From Phycisphaerae bacterium (GTDB taxonomy: Bacteria > Planctomycetota > Phycisphaerae > UBA1845): a stretch of 64,000 nucleotides of DNA. The stretch lies in the NCBI GenBank assembly GCA_963666835.2, contig CAXXGO010000006.1, positions 2,176,001-2,240,000 on the forward strand, written 5' to 3'. Positions within the stretch are counted from its first letter, which is position 1. Each line of letters opens with the position of its first letter. Below the pieces are notes generated by a model that was not told where the DNA came from, made no database searches, and worked only from the letters and a program-made list of their open reading frames with translations. This document shows, piece after piece, positions 51,401 to 60,381 of the stretch. A program made the position numbers and the translations under genes.

Positions 51401-51948
51401 GGCATCCCGTGATCTTGCACTTCGATGAAGAACCGCTCCGGGCCGAAAACCTGCAAATAATCACTGGTGAGCTTCTCGGCCGCCGGGCGATCCTGTTGGA
51501 GCAAGGCGTGGGGGATCTCTCCGCTAATGCACGCGCTCATGCAGATCAGGCCCGCGGCGTTCTCGCGAAGTGCCTCCCAATCGATCCGTGGTTTGCGGTA
51601 GAAGCCCTCCGTGTATCCGATACTGCTGAGGCGCAGGAGGTTGTTGTAGCCCTCGGTATCCATGGCCAGCAGGATTACGTGGAAGTGCTCCTTGCCCTGG
51701 CGGACATCCCGGCCGCGACGGTCTCCGGCCGCCAGATACAGCTCGCACCCAACGATCGGTTTGATCCCCGCCTTGTTGGCGGCGGTGTAGAACTCTATTG
51801 CTCCAAACAGATTGCCGTGATCGGTAACGGCCACTGCCGGCATGTCGTGCTCTTTCGCCCGCTTGACCAGCTCGTTTATCCGGGTAGCGCCGTCAAGCAG
51901 GCTGTAATGCGAGTGGACGTGTAGATGGACGAACGACAAGCTGGACAT
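48412..51948 (-). CDS. dnaE: DNA polymerase III alpha subunit
   Basis: FVHLHVHSHYSLLDG PHP domain, RGSG, MPDIDLD, KMDFLGL, YAFNKAHS, OB fold. Confidence 0.98.
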   Translation of the reverse strand: MSSLSFVHLHVHSHYSLLDGATRINELVKRAKEHDMPAVAVTDHGNLFGAIEFYTAANKAGIKPIVGCELYLAAGDRRGRDVRQGKEHFHVILLAMDTEGYNNLLRLSSIGYTEGFYRKPRIDWEALRENAAGLICMSACISGEIPHALLQQDRPAAEKLTSDYLQVFGPERFFIEVQDHGMPEQKTLNPELLDLADRMGVRTVATNDVHYLDHSDVEAHDALCCINTGSLLTDEDRFRFPADQFYFKSPQEMAALFPDHPETITNTVQVADLCNLELDLSKRHAPVYRVPEEITDDAGKPLTAAEYLRQLVYQGATERYGEISQELRERIDYELEVITSKGFASYFLIVWDCVNYAREHGIPVGARGSGCSSVVAFCLYISTPDPIRYGLYFERFMDPDRDEMPDIDLDICQYGRGQLIDYVRGKYGHVAQIITFGTLKAKAAVKDVARVMGLGFEQANELTKLIPTELKITLDKALEREPELRKQYETNATIRHVLDIGRKLEGLARNAGIHAAGVVVADQPLDNFLPLYRAAGQEGLITQYDGPTVEKVGLLKMDFLGLRTLTILEHARELAQRSTTEKIDLGKLDLTDQKVYDLFARGDTQGVFQFESGGMRDVLMRMKPNRIEDLIAANALYRPGPMEYIPEYIGRKHGANWTTPHPIMTEVLQETYGIMVYQEQVSRLVNRLGGIELKAAFRLAKAISKKKTEMIEAMRTPFLDGCEARGVKRNVANEVFEDILKFGGYAFNKAHSTGYALVAYQTAWMKTYYPVEFMAAVMTLEMSNTDKIAQYRDECREMGIEIEPPCVNASELNFIAAATPTDGGSKKIRTKGVIRFGLGALKGVGTKAVNAVVDERKQNGPYQNLFDFCERVDLSAVNRATIEALVCAGAFDRTGAMRRALFEAIDRAVTAGQQLQSDRRSGQMGLFGMGGGLADTTPPEPELSSAEWPEAEMLAREKAVLGLYITRHPLASHERRIQACATTSTAKLSEFEDGTEVVVGGMVSNLRTVVARNGRNSGKRLGIIALEDLQGRVEAVVFPDDLPKYQAILAPDSVVFVQGTVDRKREEPSIRTTRVIEADEACQELAQALLVNVKPDTPVDELVSLLRTSAGECPVYLNVETADKFIAQIQCHASLKVRCRPELLNKLVQLVGPQAVCVLGTQKRVIPLTLARGDTTAV

Positions 51949-52452
51949 CGTGCGCACGGATTCCTTTCCGGTAACGGACGATGCCGCGGATCGGCTGTCA
52001 GGCTCCAGGCCGCCACACAGCCGCCCGCGACACGACGCGGCATCTTACCCGCGGACGTCCGGGTGGTCCAAGTTTTCTGTTAGCGCGTGGCTGTCCAAAT
52101 GGAGGCACATGCTGTGAATAAAGGGAACTTCACAAGTCGTTGGGAGGGTGAGGCTTTGACGGCTGCCGCGGCCTATCTGGGCGAGGACAAGGGGGCAACA
52201 AGTATGTCTAAGGCCGTGTGGCGGTTGCGGGATGTGTACGCCGCCAATGTCGGCGCCGCGAGGATCGCGAACTCACGATTCGGGGGCGATGTTTGAGCCG
52301 ATGGAGTCCTCGGCGCGGGTTTCGGTGACTCTGGGCGGTGGACAATCAGCGGTGGAGGACCCCGCGCGTAGTAGCGGCGGTCCCCGTCGCAGATCACCAG
52401 GGTTGCAATAGGGCCGATTCAGGCTGCCGTAAGACGCGACGTATCCGGCCGA

Positions 52453-52854
52453 TCAGGCATGGCTTGGGCAGTAACGCCTTAATCGGATATCCACGCCGCA
52501 GATATGCTGTATCAGCCACTTCTGGAGCGTTCTCAGCAGATCCTTGGCGAGTTTGTCGCTGTATCCTTCCGTTTCGGCGCGGTTAAGGAAACCTTCGAAG
52601 ACCTGACGGAACTCGGCGTGCGCTTTCTTGTTGTCATCGGCGGCCGGACAAGCGAATTCATCCATGATGGCCTCTTCGGTTTTGAAGTGGATGGTGACGT
52701 AGTCGCCAAGGAACCTCAGGGCCTCGCAGAACCGATCTTTGGCGGTTTTGTTCCGCACGAGTTCCTCGAAATCATTGACCATGTTGAAGAGCTTCTTGTG
52801 TTGGTCGTCTACTTTTCCGGAGCCGGTGGCGTATTTCTCGATCCAATCCAACAT
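52453..52854 (-). CDS. Bacteriohemerythrin-like protein
   Basis: W...Y.TG...DDQH, HFKTEE, NKKAH, WLIQHICGVD. Confidence 0.9.
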   Translation of the reverse strand: MLDWIEKYATGSGKVDDQHKKLFNMVNDFEELVRNKTAKDRFCEALRFLGDYVTIHFKTEEAIMDEFACPAADDNKKAHAEFRQVFEGFLNRAETEGYSDKLAKDLLRTLQKWLIQHICGVDIRLRRYCPSHA

Positions 52855-53560
52855 AGTCTGTTCCTTATCCGTTTGGCGGACATGCCCCGTACAGAGTACG
52901 CCGGTTAGCAGCCCACCGCCCGCGCGGTGGCGTATTGGTTATGCTCACCGGAGCTGGGTAACGTCACGATTGCCGGGACGACGGCACTCGCCCGTGCTAG
53001 GGGTACTTCGGAGTTCAAGTGCCGTGGCCTTGCGTAACAGACATGAAGTCTCGGGTTTGACCGGGGGGAGCGGCGGCTTACGGGGGAAGCGTACCTCCAG
53101 AACCCGGCGGACGGAGTTATCGGCTTTGGGGAATCCGACGGCCTTACCAGGGACAAACCCCGGTGCGCATCGGAGAGAGCTAAGTGCTCTACCGGCAGTT
53201 GCGGGGGCTCGGCGTTCGGTGGTCTCGACCGTGGTCGGGGGCGAAAAAGGGCCATCGGGTACTTGTCTCCAGCGTAGCCGTTTGGCGGCAACCTCAGGCG
53301 ACGAATCGTCTTCGGCGTACGTTGGGAAATCCAATGCGTGCCCGTAAGGCAGCTTCAACTGCCGGCGAGTCTTGTGAGATAGGGTCGGCGAGGTTATCGT
53401 CTGCTTGTGCTCTCGCCCGAAGGAGCGGGGAGCCGCGGTGGGCTGTGAGTCTCGCAGGCCGCGGAGCTGTGGCTCCAGAGGTGACGGGGAGTATCGCGGA
53501 GGCGGGCGATCCTGCTGCGGGGAGCCCGGATTCGATCCTCTTACGAAGGAGGCTCAAGTA

Positions 53561-53995
53561 ATGTCGACGATCCGAGATGTACTGGCCAAGAAGGACGTTG
53601 ACGTCGCGACGGTCGGTTTGACAGACACCGTTCTAGACGCGGCGAGGATTATGAACGAACGCCGGTTCGGAGCTTTGTGTGTTATGGACGGCGACTCGCT
53701 CGCCGGGGTGTTTACGGAGCGCGATCTACTGACTCGGGTGGTTAGCGCCCGGCTCGATCCCGCCACCACCACCTTGGCCGGTGTAATGACGACCCCGGTC
53801 ACCACGTGCGGGTTGGACGGTCGGACGGACGATTGCGCCGCTGTCATGTCACACAAACGTATCCGTCACCTGCCGGTGGTAGAGGACGGCAAGTTGATTG
53901 GCATGGTATCAACGGGCGACCTGATGGCGCTTCAGGTGGCCGAGAAGCAGGCGTTCATTGAAGACCTCTATCAGTACCTCCACGGACGCACGTAG
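53561..53995 (+). CDS. Tandem CBS-domain protein
   Basis: AAGGAGG RBS; GVFTERD, IRHLPVV, GMVSTGDL. Confidence 0.93.
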   Translation: MSTIRDVLAKKDVDVATVGLTDTVLDAARIMNERRFGALCVMDGDSLAGVFTERDLLTRVVSARLDPATTTLAGVMTTPVTTCGLDGRTDDCAAVMSHKRIRHLPVVEDGKLIGMVSTGDLMALQVAEKQAFIEDLYQYLHGRT

Positions 53996-54002
53996 CATGG
54001 AT

Positions 54003-55214
54003 TCAGGTAACGGGCACGGTTGCCGCAGACGCGGCCGGCGCGCCTGGAAGCGGCAGTTCCGGTTGGGGGCGGCAGACTTCGTGCTTGACCGCGCGGGCTT
54101 CGCGTTCAAACAGCCATGCCAATCGCGCCCCGCAAAGACGCGAGAGCCCCGGGCGGGGATTGGCGAGTTGCGTCTGCCAGAATGTTGAGTACATCTGCGC
54201 GGTACGCGTCCATGTCAACATCTTGGCATGATTGAATGCCTGCGAAACCAGCGCGGCGCGCGCGGGGAGATGCTCGATATAGTATTCCACTTGTGCGGCC
54301 AAATCTTCGCCGGTTGCCACCGTGACCACGTGCGGACTGAAGGATTCCGCCCCGACGTAATCGTGCTTGAGCGGGTCGCCATAGGCGGCGAAGACCAGAC
54401 GCTGCCGGGCCATGGCTTCCTGAATGGCCATCCGCCCGTCGAGGAACGCGAAGCATGAGTCGGTGATGAATCGCTGGGCGTCGGCGACCCGCCCGTGAAA
54501 CTCGACCGGCAGGGCGTCGCGCTCGACCGTGCCCTTCAGGGCCGGCATGAGCGTGCCGTCGCCGTATACGTCCAGCCGAAACCGGCGTTTCTGTCGATGA
54601 GTCAGGATTCGAACGGCGTCGAGGTATATTCCGATGCCGGTGTCCGGTTCAAGTCGGCCGATGTAGACGGCGGATTCAGGTTCGGGTTCGGGGATCGGTT
54701 GGAGATCTGCGGCCGTGGGGGACAGACCCTGGTCAGGGCATAGATCCGGGGCGACTTCCAGCCACTTCTCGATGAAGTTGCCGTCGTGAATGACTCCGGA
54801 TACTAACGCCAGAGAGCGAAAGGCCCGCTGTTTCTGCGAGTCAGGAACCGGATACGTGCAAGCCATGCCGTGGCGGATCAGGAAGGTCTTACGCGGGTCC
54901 ACCCATGGTCCGAGCATCCGCCAATAATACTCCAGCATGTGGGTGTTGCTGACGCTGACGACGTCGGCGCGCTTGAAAAGGTGTCGCATCCGCCAGAGTT
55001 CCCAGCGGCAGCGCAACGGGGAACGCAACGCGGGGAAACGGTGGATGCGGATTCCGTCATGGGCCTCGCGCGATGGAAGGTCAACAGTGTGGGCCCCGGC
55101 CACGACGTCGACTTCATGCCCGGCGTCCACGAGGGCTCGACCCAGTTCATGTACGTACTTCTCGACTCCGCCGACGCTCGGCCAATACCGGTGAACCAGG
55201 AAGACGATCTTCAT
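54003..55214 (-). CDS. GT4-like glycosyltransferase
   Basis: YWPSVGGVE, GHEVDV, YIGRL, YGDG, EAMA. Confidence 0.85.
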   Translation of the reverse strand: MKIVFLVHRYWPSVGGVEKYVHELGRALVDAGHEVDVVAGAHTVDLPSREAHDGIRIHRFPALRSPLRCRWELWRMRHLFKRADVVSVSNTHMLEYYWRMLGPWVDPRKTFLIRHGMACTYPVPDSQKQRAFRSLALVSGVIHDGNFIEKWLEVAPDLCPDQGLSPTAADLQPIPEPEPESAVYIGRLEPDTGIGIYLDAVRILTHRQKRRFRLDVYGDGTLMPALKGTVERDALPVEFHGRVADAQRFITDSCFAFLDGRMAIQEAMARQRLVFAAYGDPLKHDYVGAESFSPHVVTVATGEDLAAQVEYYIEHLPARAALVSQAFNHAKMLTWTRTAQMYSTFWQTQLANPRPGLSRLCGARLAWLFEREARAVKHEVCRPQPELPLPGAPAASAATVPVT

Positions 55215-55226
55215 CCGGTCAACCTC

Positions 55227-56567
55227 TCATGCTCCCGTTCTGGTGTCCGCCGTCAAAGTCGCTCGGCCGGCGGTCTTCTCAGGGGCTATCGGATGTTCGC
55301 AGCCCGCGGCAAACCCTGACTCATCGAGAAAGCGATACAGCTTGCCTGCGTACTGGCGGTGGGCCGCGGCGCTGGGATGGCCGTCGTGCGGTTTGTTGTT
55401 GTATTCGCTGAGGCTCAGGTCCACCGAGATGTCCACAGTAGGAATCCCCTTGCGGGCGAAGTGTTGTAGCATTTCGGCCGTGCCGGGTTGGTCATCGATG
55501 CCGGCAAGTACTATCTTGATTCCGTGCTCCGCGCAGGTTTCGGCGAACTCGGCGATGATGGCCTTGGACACCTCGAAGCTCCGCAAAGCACACGTTTCCC
55601 GCTGGTTATAGTATCGTTCAATCGCGTGAAGGACCGCAGAGTGCCGCATGCCCGGCAGTTCATGGTATGGCAGATGATCGTGAGAGATCACCAGCTCGTT
55701 GTTCTCGTTCAGGCGGGCGTGGGGTTGCTGCAGCGAACCGGTGACCTTGCGCCGGGACCGCTGGAACGTGTTGCGTTCGTCGTGAAACGAGGCATAGGCG
55801 AGCACGGCCAGTGCCGGGTGACGTCCGTTCGCGAGGTTCTCCTGCAGTTGAATCAGCGAATGTAGAGTGCCGTAGCCCGTTACCCCGAAGTTGACCACGC
55901 GGTAGTTCGACAACATCTCGTCCAGCAGCCAGGGGTAAGTTTCGTCGTCATTCACCGACCATCCGTGAGTGAAGGAGCAGCCGAACACCCAGATCTCCTC
56001 GAGGGCCGAGACGTTCTTCGGCGAATCGGCCGGCCGGGTTATTCGTAGCGTGTCGGGTCCGTGAGTGACCGTGAACGTGTAGCCGTCCCAGAGCGTAAAT
56101 GTCATCTTGCCGGGCACGTGCGTGTATCCCAGCGTGGCATGTTTGAGAAAGGCCTTCCCGCCGCCTTCAACGTACGGGTTCTGCCCGCTTGGCTGCCAGG
56201 GCATCTGTCCCGTCACCCGCAGTGCGACTTCCCCGACACCGAACATCAAAACCGCAAAGATCGCACACAGCGTCGCGGCAAACAACGCGCGTTTGGGTAA
56301 GCCGAGTTTCGCAGCCCCAGCGGGGCGTGTCTGCGGAAGCAGGGAGTGGCACAGAAACATCCCGATGCCGGCGATGCTGAGTCCGCCAAGCAGCAGGATG
56401 ACCTGAGTGGAGCCGATGCTGCCAAAGGTCAGGCCGACTTGCGGCCAACCTTGGGGTAGGGCACGACTCATTACGACCAGTCCGGGGACGATCGACAGTG
56501 CAATGAGGATTCTGCCGCTCCGCCCGGAGTCTTTTCGATCTTGTCCGGCGTTTTCCGCCAAGGCCAT
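55227..56567 (-). CDS. Membrane-anchored SGNH/GDSL-like protein
   Basis: Three N-terminal TMs; FGCSFTHG, NFGVTGYG, DGHPS. Confidence 0.8.
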   Translation of the reverse strand: MALAENAGQDRKDSGRSGRILIALSIVPGLVVMSRALPQGWPQVGLTFGSIGSTQVILLLGGLSIAGIGMFLCHSLLPQTRPAGAAKLGLPKRALFAATLCAIFAVLMFGVGEVALRVTGQMPWQPSGQNPYVEGGGKAFLKHATLGYTHVPGKMTFTLWDGYTFTVTHGPDTLRITRPADSPKNVSALEEIWVFGCSFTHGWSVNDDETYPWLLDEMLSNYRVVNFGVTGYGTLHSLIQLQENLANGRHPALAVLAYASFHDERNTFQRSRRKVTGSLQQPHARLNENNELVISHDHLPYHELPGMRHSAVLHAIERYYNQRETCALRSFEVSKAIIAEFAETCAEHGIKIVLAGIDDQPGTAEMLQHFARKGIPTVDISVDLSLSEYNNKPHDGHPSAAAHRQYAGKLYRFLDESGFAAGCEHPIAPEKTAGRATLTADTRTGA

Positions 56568-56581
56568 CTCAGTATTCCCGG

Positions 56582-57382
56582 TCAACTTGTGGTTTCTTTG
56601 CGTGAACCGAACATCAACAGGACGAACCCCATCAGCCCGTCCAACAGAGAGGGCGTATCGGCCCACTTCGGGCGGCGACCGGTGATTCTTTTGCACCAGT
56701 GGTCGGCAATCGATTGCCGGAACCCCATCGCGTGCGTGTTGATCCGTTCGAAGCCGGCGGCGCGGGCCCGGCGGATTAGCTCGGTTCGACTGTAGGGGAT
56801 CTCCATCCCATAAGGCCACCAACCGCGGAACTCCAGATACGCCTTCCAGGCTCGATACGGCAGGCATTGTGCGTGAGGTACGCTGACGATGGCCAACCCG
56901 CCCGGGCGTAACATCCTGTGGTGGGCTGCCAGGGCGGCGGTGCGGTTGTCACCCCGGAAGTGTTCCACCACGCCCAGGGATACTACGACGTCGTAGTCTC
57001 CGGTAAGCGAACGGCATGCCTTGAACATGTCACTTCGTTCCAGCCGGGCGGAGAGCCCGAGCCGAAGAAACCGCTCACGAGCCGCATCCAGAGCCGCCTG
57101 GCTTTGATCCAGCAGGGTGACGTCGGCGCCCCGCTCGGCCAGCAGGGCGGAAAGATCTCCGCGGCCGCACCCCAGCTCGATGGTCCGCAAGCCGCCGATG
57201 CAGCCGAAGGTGGTCTCGATCCGGTCAAGGATGATCTGCCAGCGTAGTCCGCGGCGCTCGCGGGCGAGGATTTCGTCGTCCTTTGTACTGGAAGAGCCGT
57301 TCTGCCACAGCCGATCCCAGACCCCCGCGACGGAAGGCTCGATCGAAGGCTCTGCGCTTATTGCCGACGTGTTCACCGTCAT
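56582..57382 (-). CDS. Class I SAM-dependent methyltransferase
   Basis: ELGCGRG, YDVVVSLGVVEH, LRPGG. Confidence 0.9.
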   Translation of the reverse strand: MTVNTSAISAEPSIEPSVAGVWDRLWQNGSSSTKDDEILARERRGLRWQIILDRIETTFGCIGGLRTIELGCGRGDLSALLAERGADVTLLDQSQAALDAARERFLRLGLSARLERSDMFKACRSLTGDYDVVVSLGVVEHFRGDNRTAALAAHHRMLRPGGLAIVSVPHAQCLPYRAWKAYLEFRGWWPYGMEIPYSRTELIRRARAAGFERINTHAMGFRQSIADHWCKRITGRRPKWADTPSLLDGLMGFVLLMFGSRKETTS

Positions 57383-57634
57383 GTTAGCCCATCTCCGACC
57401 TCGGTGTTCCAATCCGCACACCTGGCGCGGACCCGACGCATGTTTATCGGACGACGAGGCTCGAGGCTAAAGCAACCCGGCGCGTAACGCAGGCTTCCAG
57501 CCCGCCCCCGCTACCAGAAAGCCCGTCGCGTCTCTTCCTCCCCTCCTTACCAAGGAGCGGCCGGGGGACGTTCCTCTTTCTGAATGTCCCTCTTGAGGAG
57601 GGAAGGCCGCATAACGATCATCGTGAAACCGGCG

Positions 57635-58642
57635 TCAGCTTGCCGACGCCGCACGCGGGGCCGGTAGCGGGCGATCGTGACGAGGAGCACCCCCTAATAA
57701 CCAGCGAATGACGGCGTGGCCGGTGTCCCAGGCGACGGCAAGGCTTCTTCGGTAACGCAACGACTCCGCGAAGTAACGGGCGGCGCGGCGATAGTAGCCT
57801 CGGTGATAAGTGTTGAATCCGAGCTGGCGGCAGGCGCCGGCGAGGTTGTCGTCAACGGCCGCCCGTTGTCGACCATCGAGATCGCCAAAGGCCGTTCTGA
57901 TCCGGTGCAGCACGTCACGGTAGCGTTGCATGTTCCGATGCTTATCGGTGCGGGACAGGCTACCGTCCACGTAGTGATGCAGGCAGAGGGGTTCGTCCAC
58001 GAAGCCCGCACGACACGCCCGTGACACCGTCAGATAGAACAGCCATTCTTCGGCATAGGAAAGGTCCGCGGGGAATCGGATCGTCTCGCCGAGAACCGAC
58101 CGCCGGACCATTCCGACGATCGTCGCTATGAAGTACCCGCGAATCAGCGTGTCGAACAGGGTGCCGTCGCACACCCGTAGGTTCGAGCCCACCGTCGTAC
58201 ACGGTACCTCACGGGCGAGCCGTCCTTTGGTGTCGAAAACGCTTTCATGGCGGACGCCGTCGCTATCGATAAACGCGTAATCACTATAAACCAGGCCCAG
58301 CTCCGGGCAGAGTTCGAACAGGCGGATCTGGCGTTCCAGCTTGCGGGGCAGGTACTCGTCGTCGGAGTCGAGGAACGCGATGAACTCGCCCCGAGCGGCG
58401 TCAATTCCCCGATTCCGCGCCGCGCTGCTGCCGGCGTTGTCCTGTCGAAGGTGGATGAACCTCGATCCCAGTCGATTGGCGTAGTCGGCGGCGACGGACT
58501 CGGTCTCGTCGGTCGAGCCGTCGTCCACTAAAACGATTTCCCAGTCCAGAAAGGTCTGGGCGATGACCGATTCCAACGCCCGGGGCAGCAACGCCGCCCG
58601 GTTGTAGGTGGGGATCACTACGGAGACGGTCGGTCTGTTCAT
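57635..58642 (-). CDS. GT2 glycosyltransferase
   Basis: SVVIPTYN, VDDGSTD, ARNRG, FLDSDD. Confidence 0.93.
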   Translation of the reverse strand: MNRPTVSVVIPTYNRAALLPRALESVIAQTFLDWEIVLVDDGSTDETESVAADYANRLGSRFIHLRQDNAGSSAARNRGIDAARGEFIAFLDSDDEYLPRKLERQIRLFELCPELGLVYSDYAFIDSDGVRHESVFDTKGRLAREVPCTTVGSNLRVCDGTLFDTLIRGYFIATIVGMVRRSVLGETIRFPADLSYAEEWLFYLTVSRACRAGFVDEPLCLHHYVDGSLSRTDKHRNMQRYRDVLHRIRTAFGDLDGRQRAAVDDNLAGACRQLGFNTYHRGYYRRAARYFAESLRYRRSLAVAWDTGHAVIRWLLGGAPRHDRPLPAPRAASAS

Positions 58643-60027
58643 GACATTCCCGCTCCCACCGGTTTTGGCGCCGGCTCTTCCTTCTGACGCGAAGCCCCGA
58701 TCAGGCGATTAAGCACCGAGGCGAGCTTCTGCGCCAAACGCAGCCGACTGAATGGTGCCAGAGCCTCGGCCGGGCAGCCGGGGATAGGCCGGCCGATATG
58801 CCACCCGATCATCAGCTGCGCCAAGGCGTCGGCGATCTCATCTTGATCGAAGTTCGTGGTTATGCCGGCCGCGCACGAGTTGACGATCCGCTCTGCTTGC
58901 CCATCCTCAGGCCCGACCACCAGAATGGGCCTTTCCGCCGCCAGGTACTCGAACAGCTTGGCCGGGATCACCGAGTCGGCGTTTGGGCCGTCCGGCACGT
59001 TCAACAGCAGGGCGTCGGCGGTTCTCATCTCGCGAATCGCCTCGGCGTGAGGCACCTCCCCGGCGAAAGAGCAGGGCGTCTTCGTGGCGTCCAACCTGCG
59101 GCGGGTCTCGGCGCTCACATGCCCGACGATACGTAGCTCGAACCGGCATTTCTGCTCACAGAGAGTGTCAACAAAGTGTCTCAGCCCGTTGAACCACGCC
59201 GGTGGAGTCCGCCGGCGATCGAATCGGCCGACGTGCGTTAAGACGAACGGTCGAGAATCCGCACTTCTCGGGGGCATCTTCTCGGTGAAATCCGCCGGGT
59301 CGAAACCGTTGGTGATGGTGATGAACTTGCTACGCTGCGGCGGCGGCAGATGCCCGGAGAGTATCTCCGTCTGTCGCTCGGTCACTGCAATCACTATATC
59401 CGCAGTCTGCAGTATTTGCAGTTCGAGGCGCCGATGGTGGCCGCGGCGCTTTTCGCACGGCTCATCATAGCGGTAATCGTCGGTCCAAAGGTCGCGGAAG
59501 TCGGCCACCCAGGGGAGGTTCGTCCTGCGTTTGACGTCCAGAGCCAGCGTGTGGTTGCAGATCGGGCTGAACGTAGAGTAGATCGCCGCGACGTTTTCCT
59601 CCCGGATCAGTCGGCAAACCGGGGCGACGCTGCTTCGTACCCACGAGCTGCCGTCGTTCGCCGAGTCCGCCGTCGCCAGCCGGGCATCCAAACGCCAGTC
59701 GACCGCCTTGGCCAGCTTCGATAACAGTCCGTCGCCGTCCGACACGTTGCGCAGGGACCTGCGAACCGCGCGGATCGTGCCGCCGTTACCGTGGCGGTAA
59801 ACGCGAACCTCGGTCGGCAAGTCCGCCAGGAGAGTCGGGTCCTGCGGCAGCTCGTCGACGGGCTCCTGCGTCCAGGCGAACGGCTGCCAACCGGACTGCG
59901 GAAGGTACTTGGCGTACTTGGCCGTGCGCTGGACGCCGGGCCCGCCCGTGGGCGGGAACGCCGAGGCGATCATTAGCACCCGATGACCGTCGCCCGGCCC
60001 GCCGCCGTTTAAGAGCCCGTTAGCCAC
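58639..60027 (-). CDS. GT4-like glycosyltransferase
   Basis: FPP.GG.GVQR, WVADFRDLW, TNGFD, PAKLFEYLAA. Confidence 0.9.
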   Translation of the reverse strand: MANGLLNGGGPGDGHRVLMIASAFPPTGGPGVQRTAKYAKYLPQSGWQPFAWTQEPVDELPQDPTLLADLPTEVRVYRHGNGGTIRAVRRSLRNVSDGDGLLSKLAKAVDWRLDARLATADSANDGSSWVRSSVAPVCRLIREENVAAIYSTFSPICNHTLALDVKRRTNLPWVADFRDLWTDDYRYDEPCEKRRGHHRRLELQILQTADIVIAVTERQTEILSGHLPPPQRSKFITITNGFDPADFTEKMPPRSADSRPFVLTHVGRFDRRRTPPAWFNGLRHFVDTLCEQKCRFELRIVGHVSAETRRRLDATKTPCSFAGEVPHAEAIREMRTADALLLNVPDGPNADSVIPAKLFEYLAAERPILVVGPEDGQAERIVNSCAAGITTNFDQDEIADALAQLMIGWHIGRPIPGCPAEALAPFSRLRLAQKLASVLNRLIGASRQKEEPAPKPVGAGMS

Positions 60028-60381
60028 GCGGGTTGTCCCTGTCGCAGATGATGCAATCCGCGCGCGGCAATCCGCGCGCTCTCGATGAGGTTATCGGCAC
60101 AACACAGGGGCCGATGGAGACTCGTAGTCCGATATTGGCCGCGAGAGCGGGGAAGGGGGGTCGACCGACGCGGCGTGGAATCTTCTTGGAAAATGCCGAT
60201 TTTGCTTGATTCAACAATTCCAGTGCGATAGGATCTGGATATGCGGACGTTTGAAGCGAGCGTCCCATGGGTCGGTTCGGAGTATTCACGTCGACCGCCT
60301 CCCCGGGATTCGGCGGTCTTTGGGCTTGAGGTTCGCGCTCACTCGATCGCGGGCCGGACTCACTTTCGGAGACTGAGAATC

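Noticed and set aside
53140..53200. c-di-GMP-II riboswitch-like GAGCTAAGTGC...ACCGG
   Set aside because: Only a short partial resemblance; the upstream conserved elements were not found.
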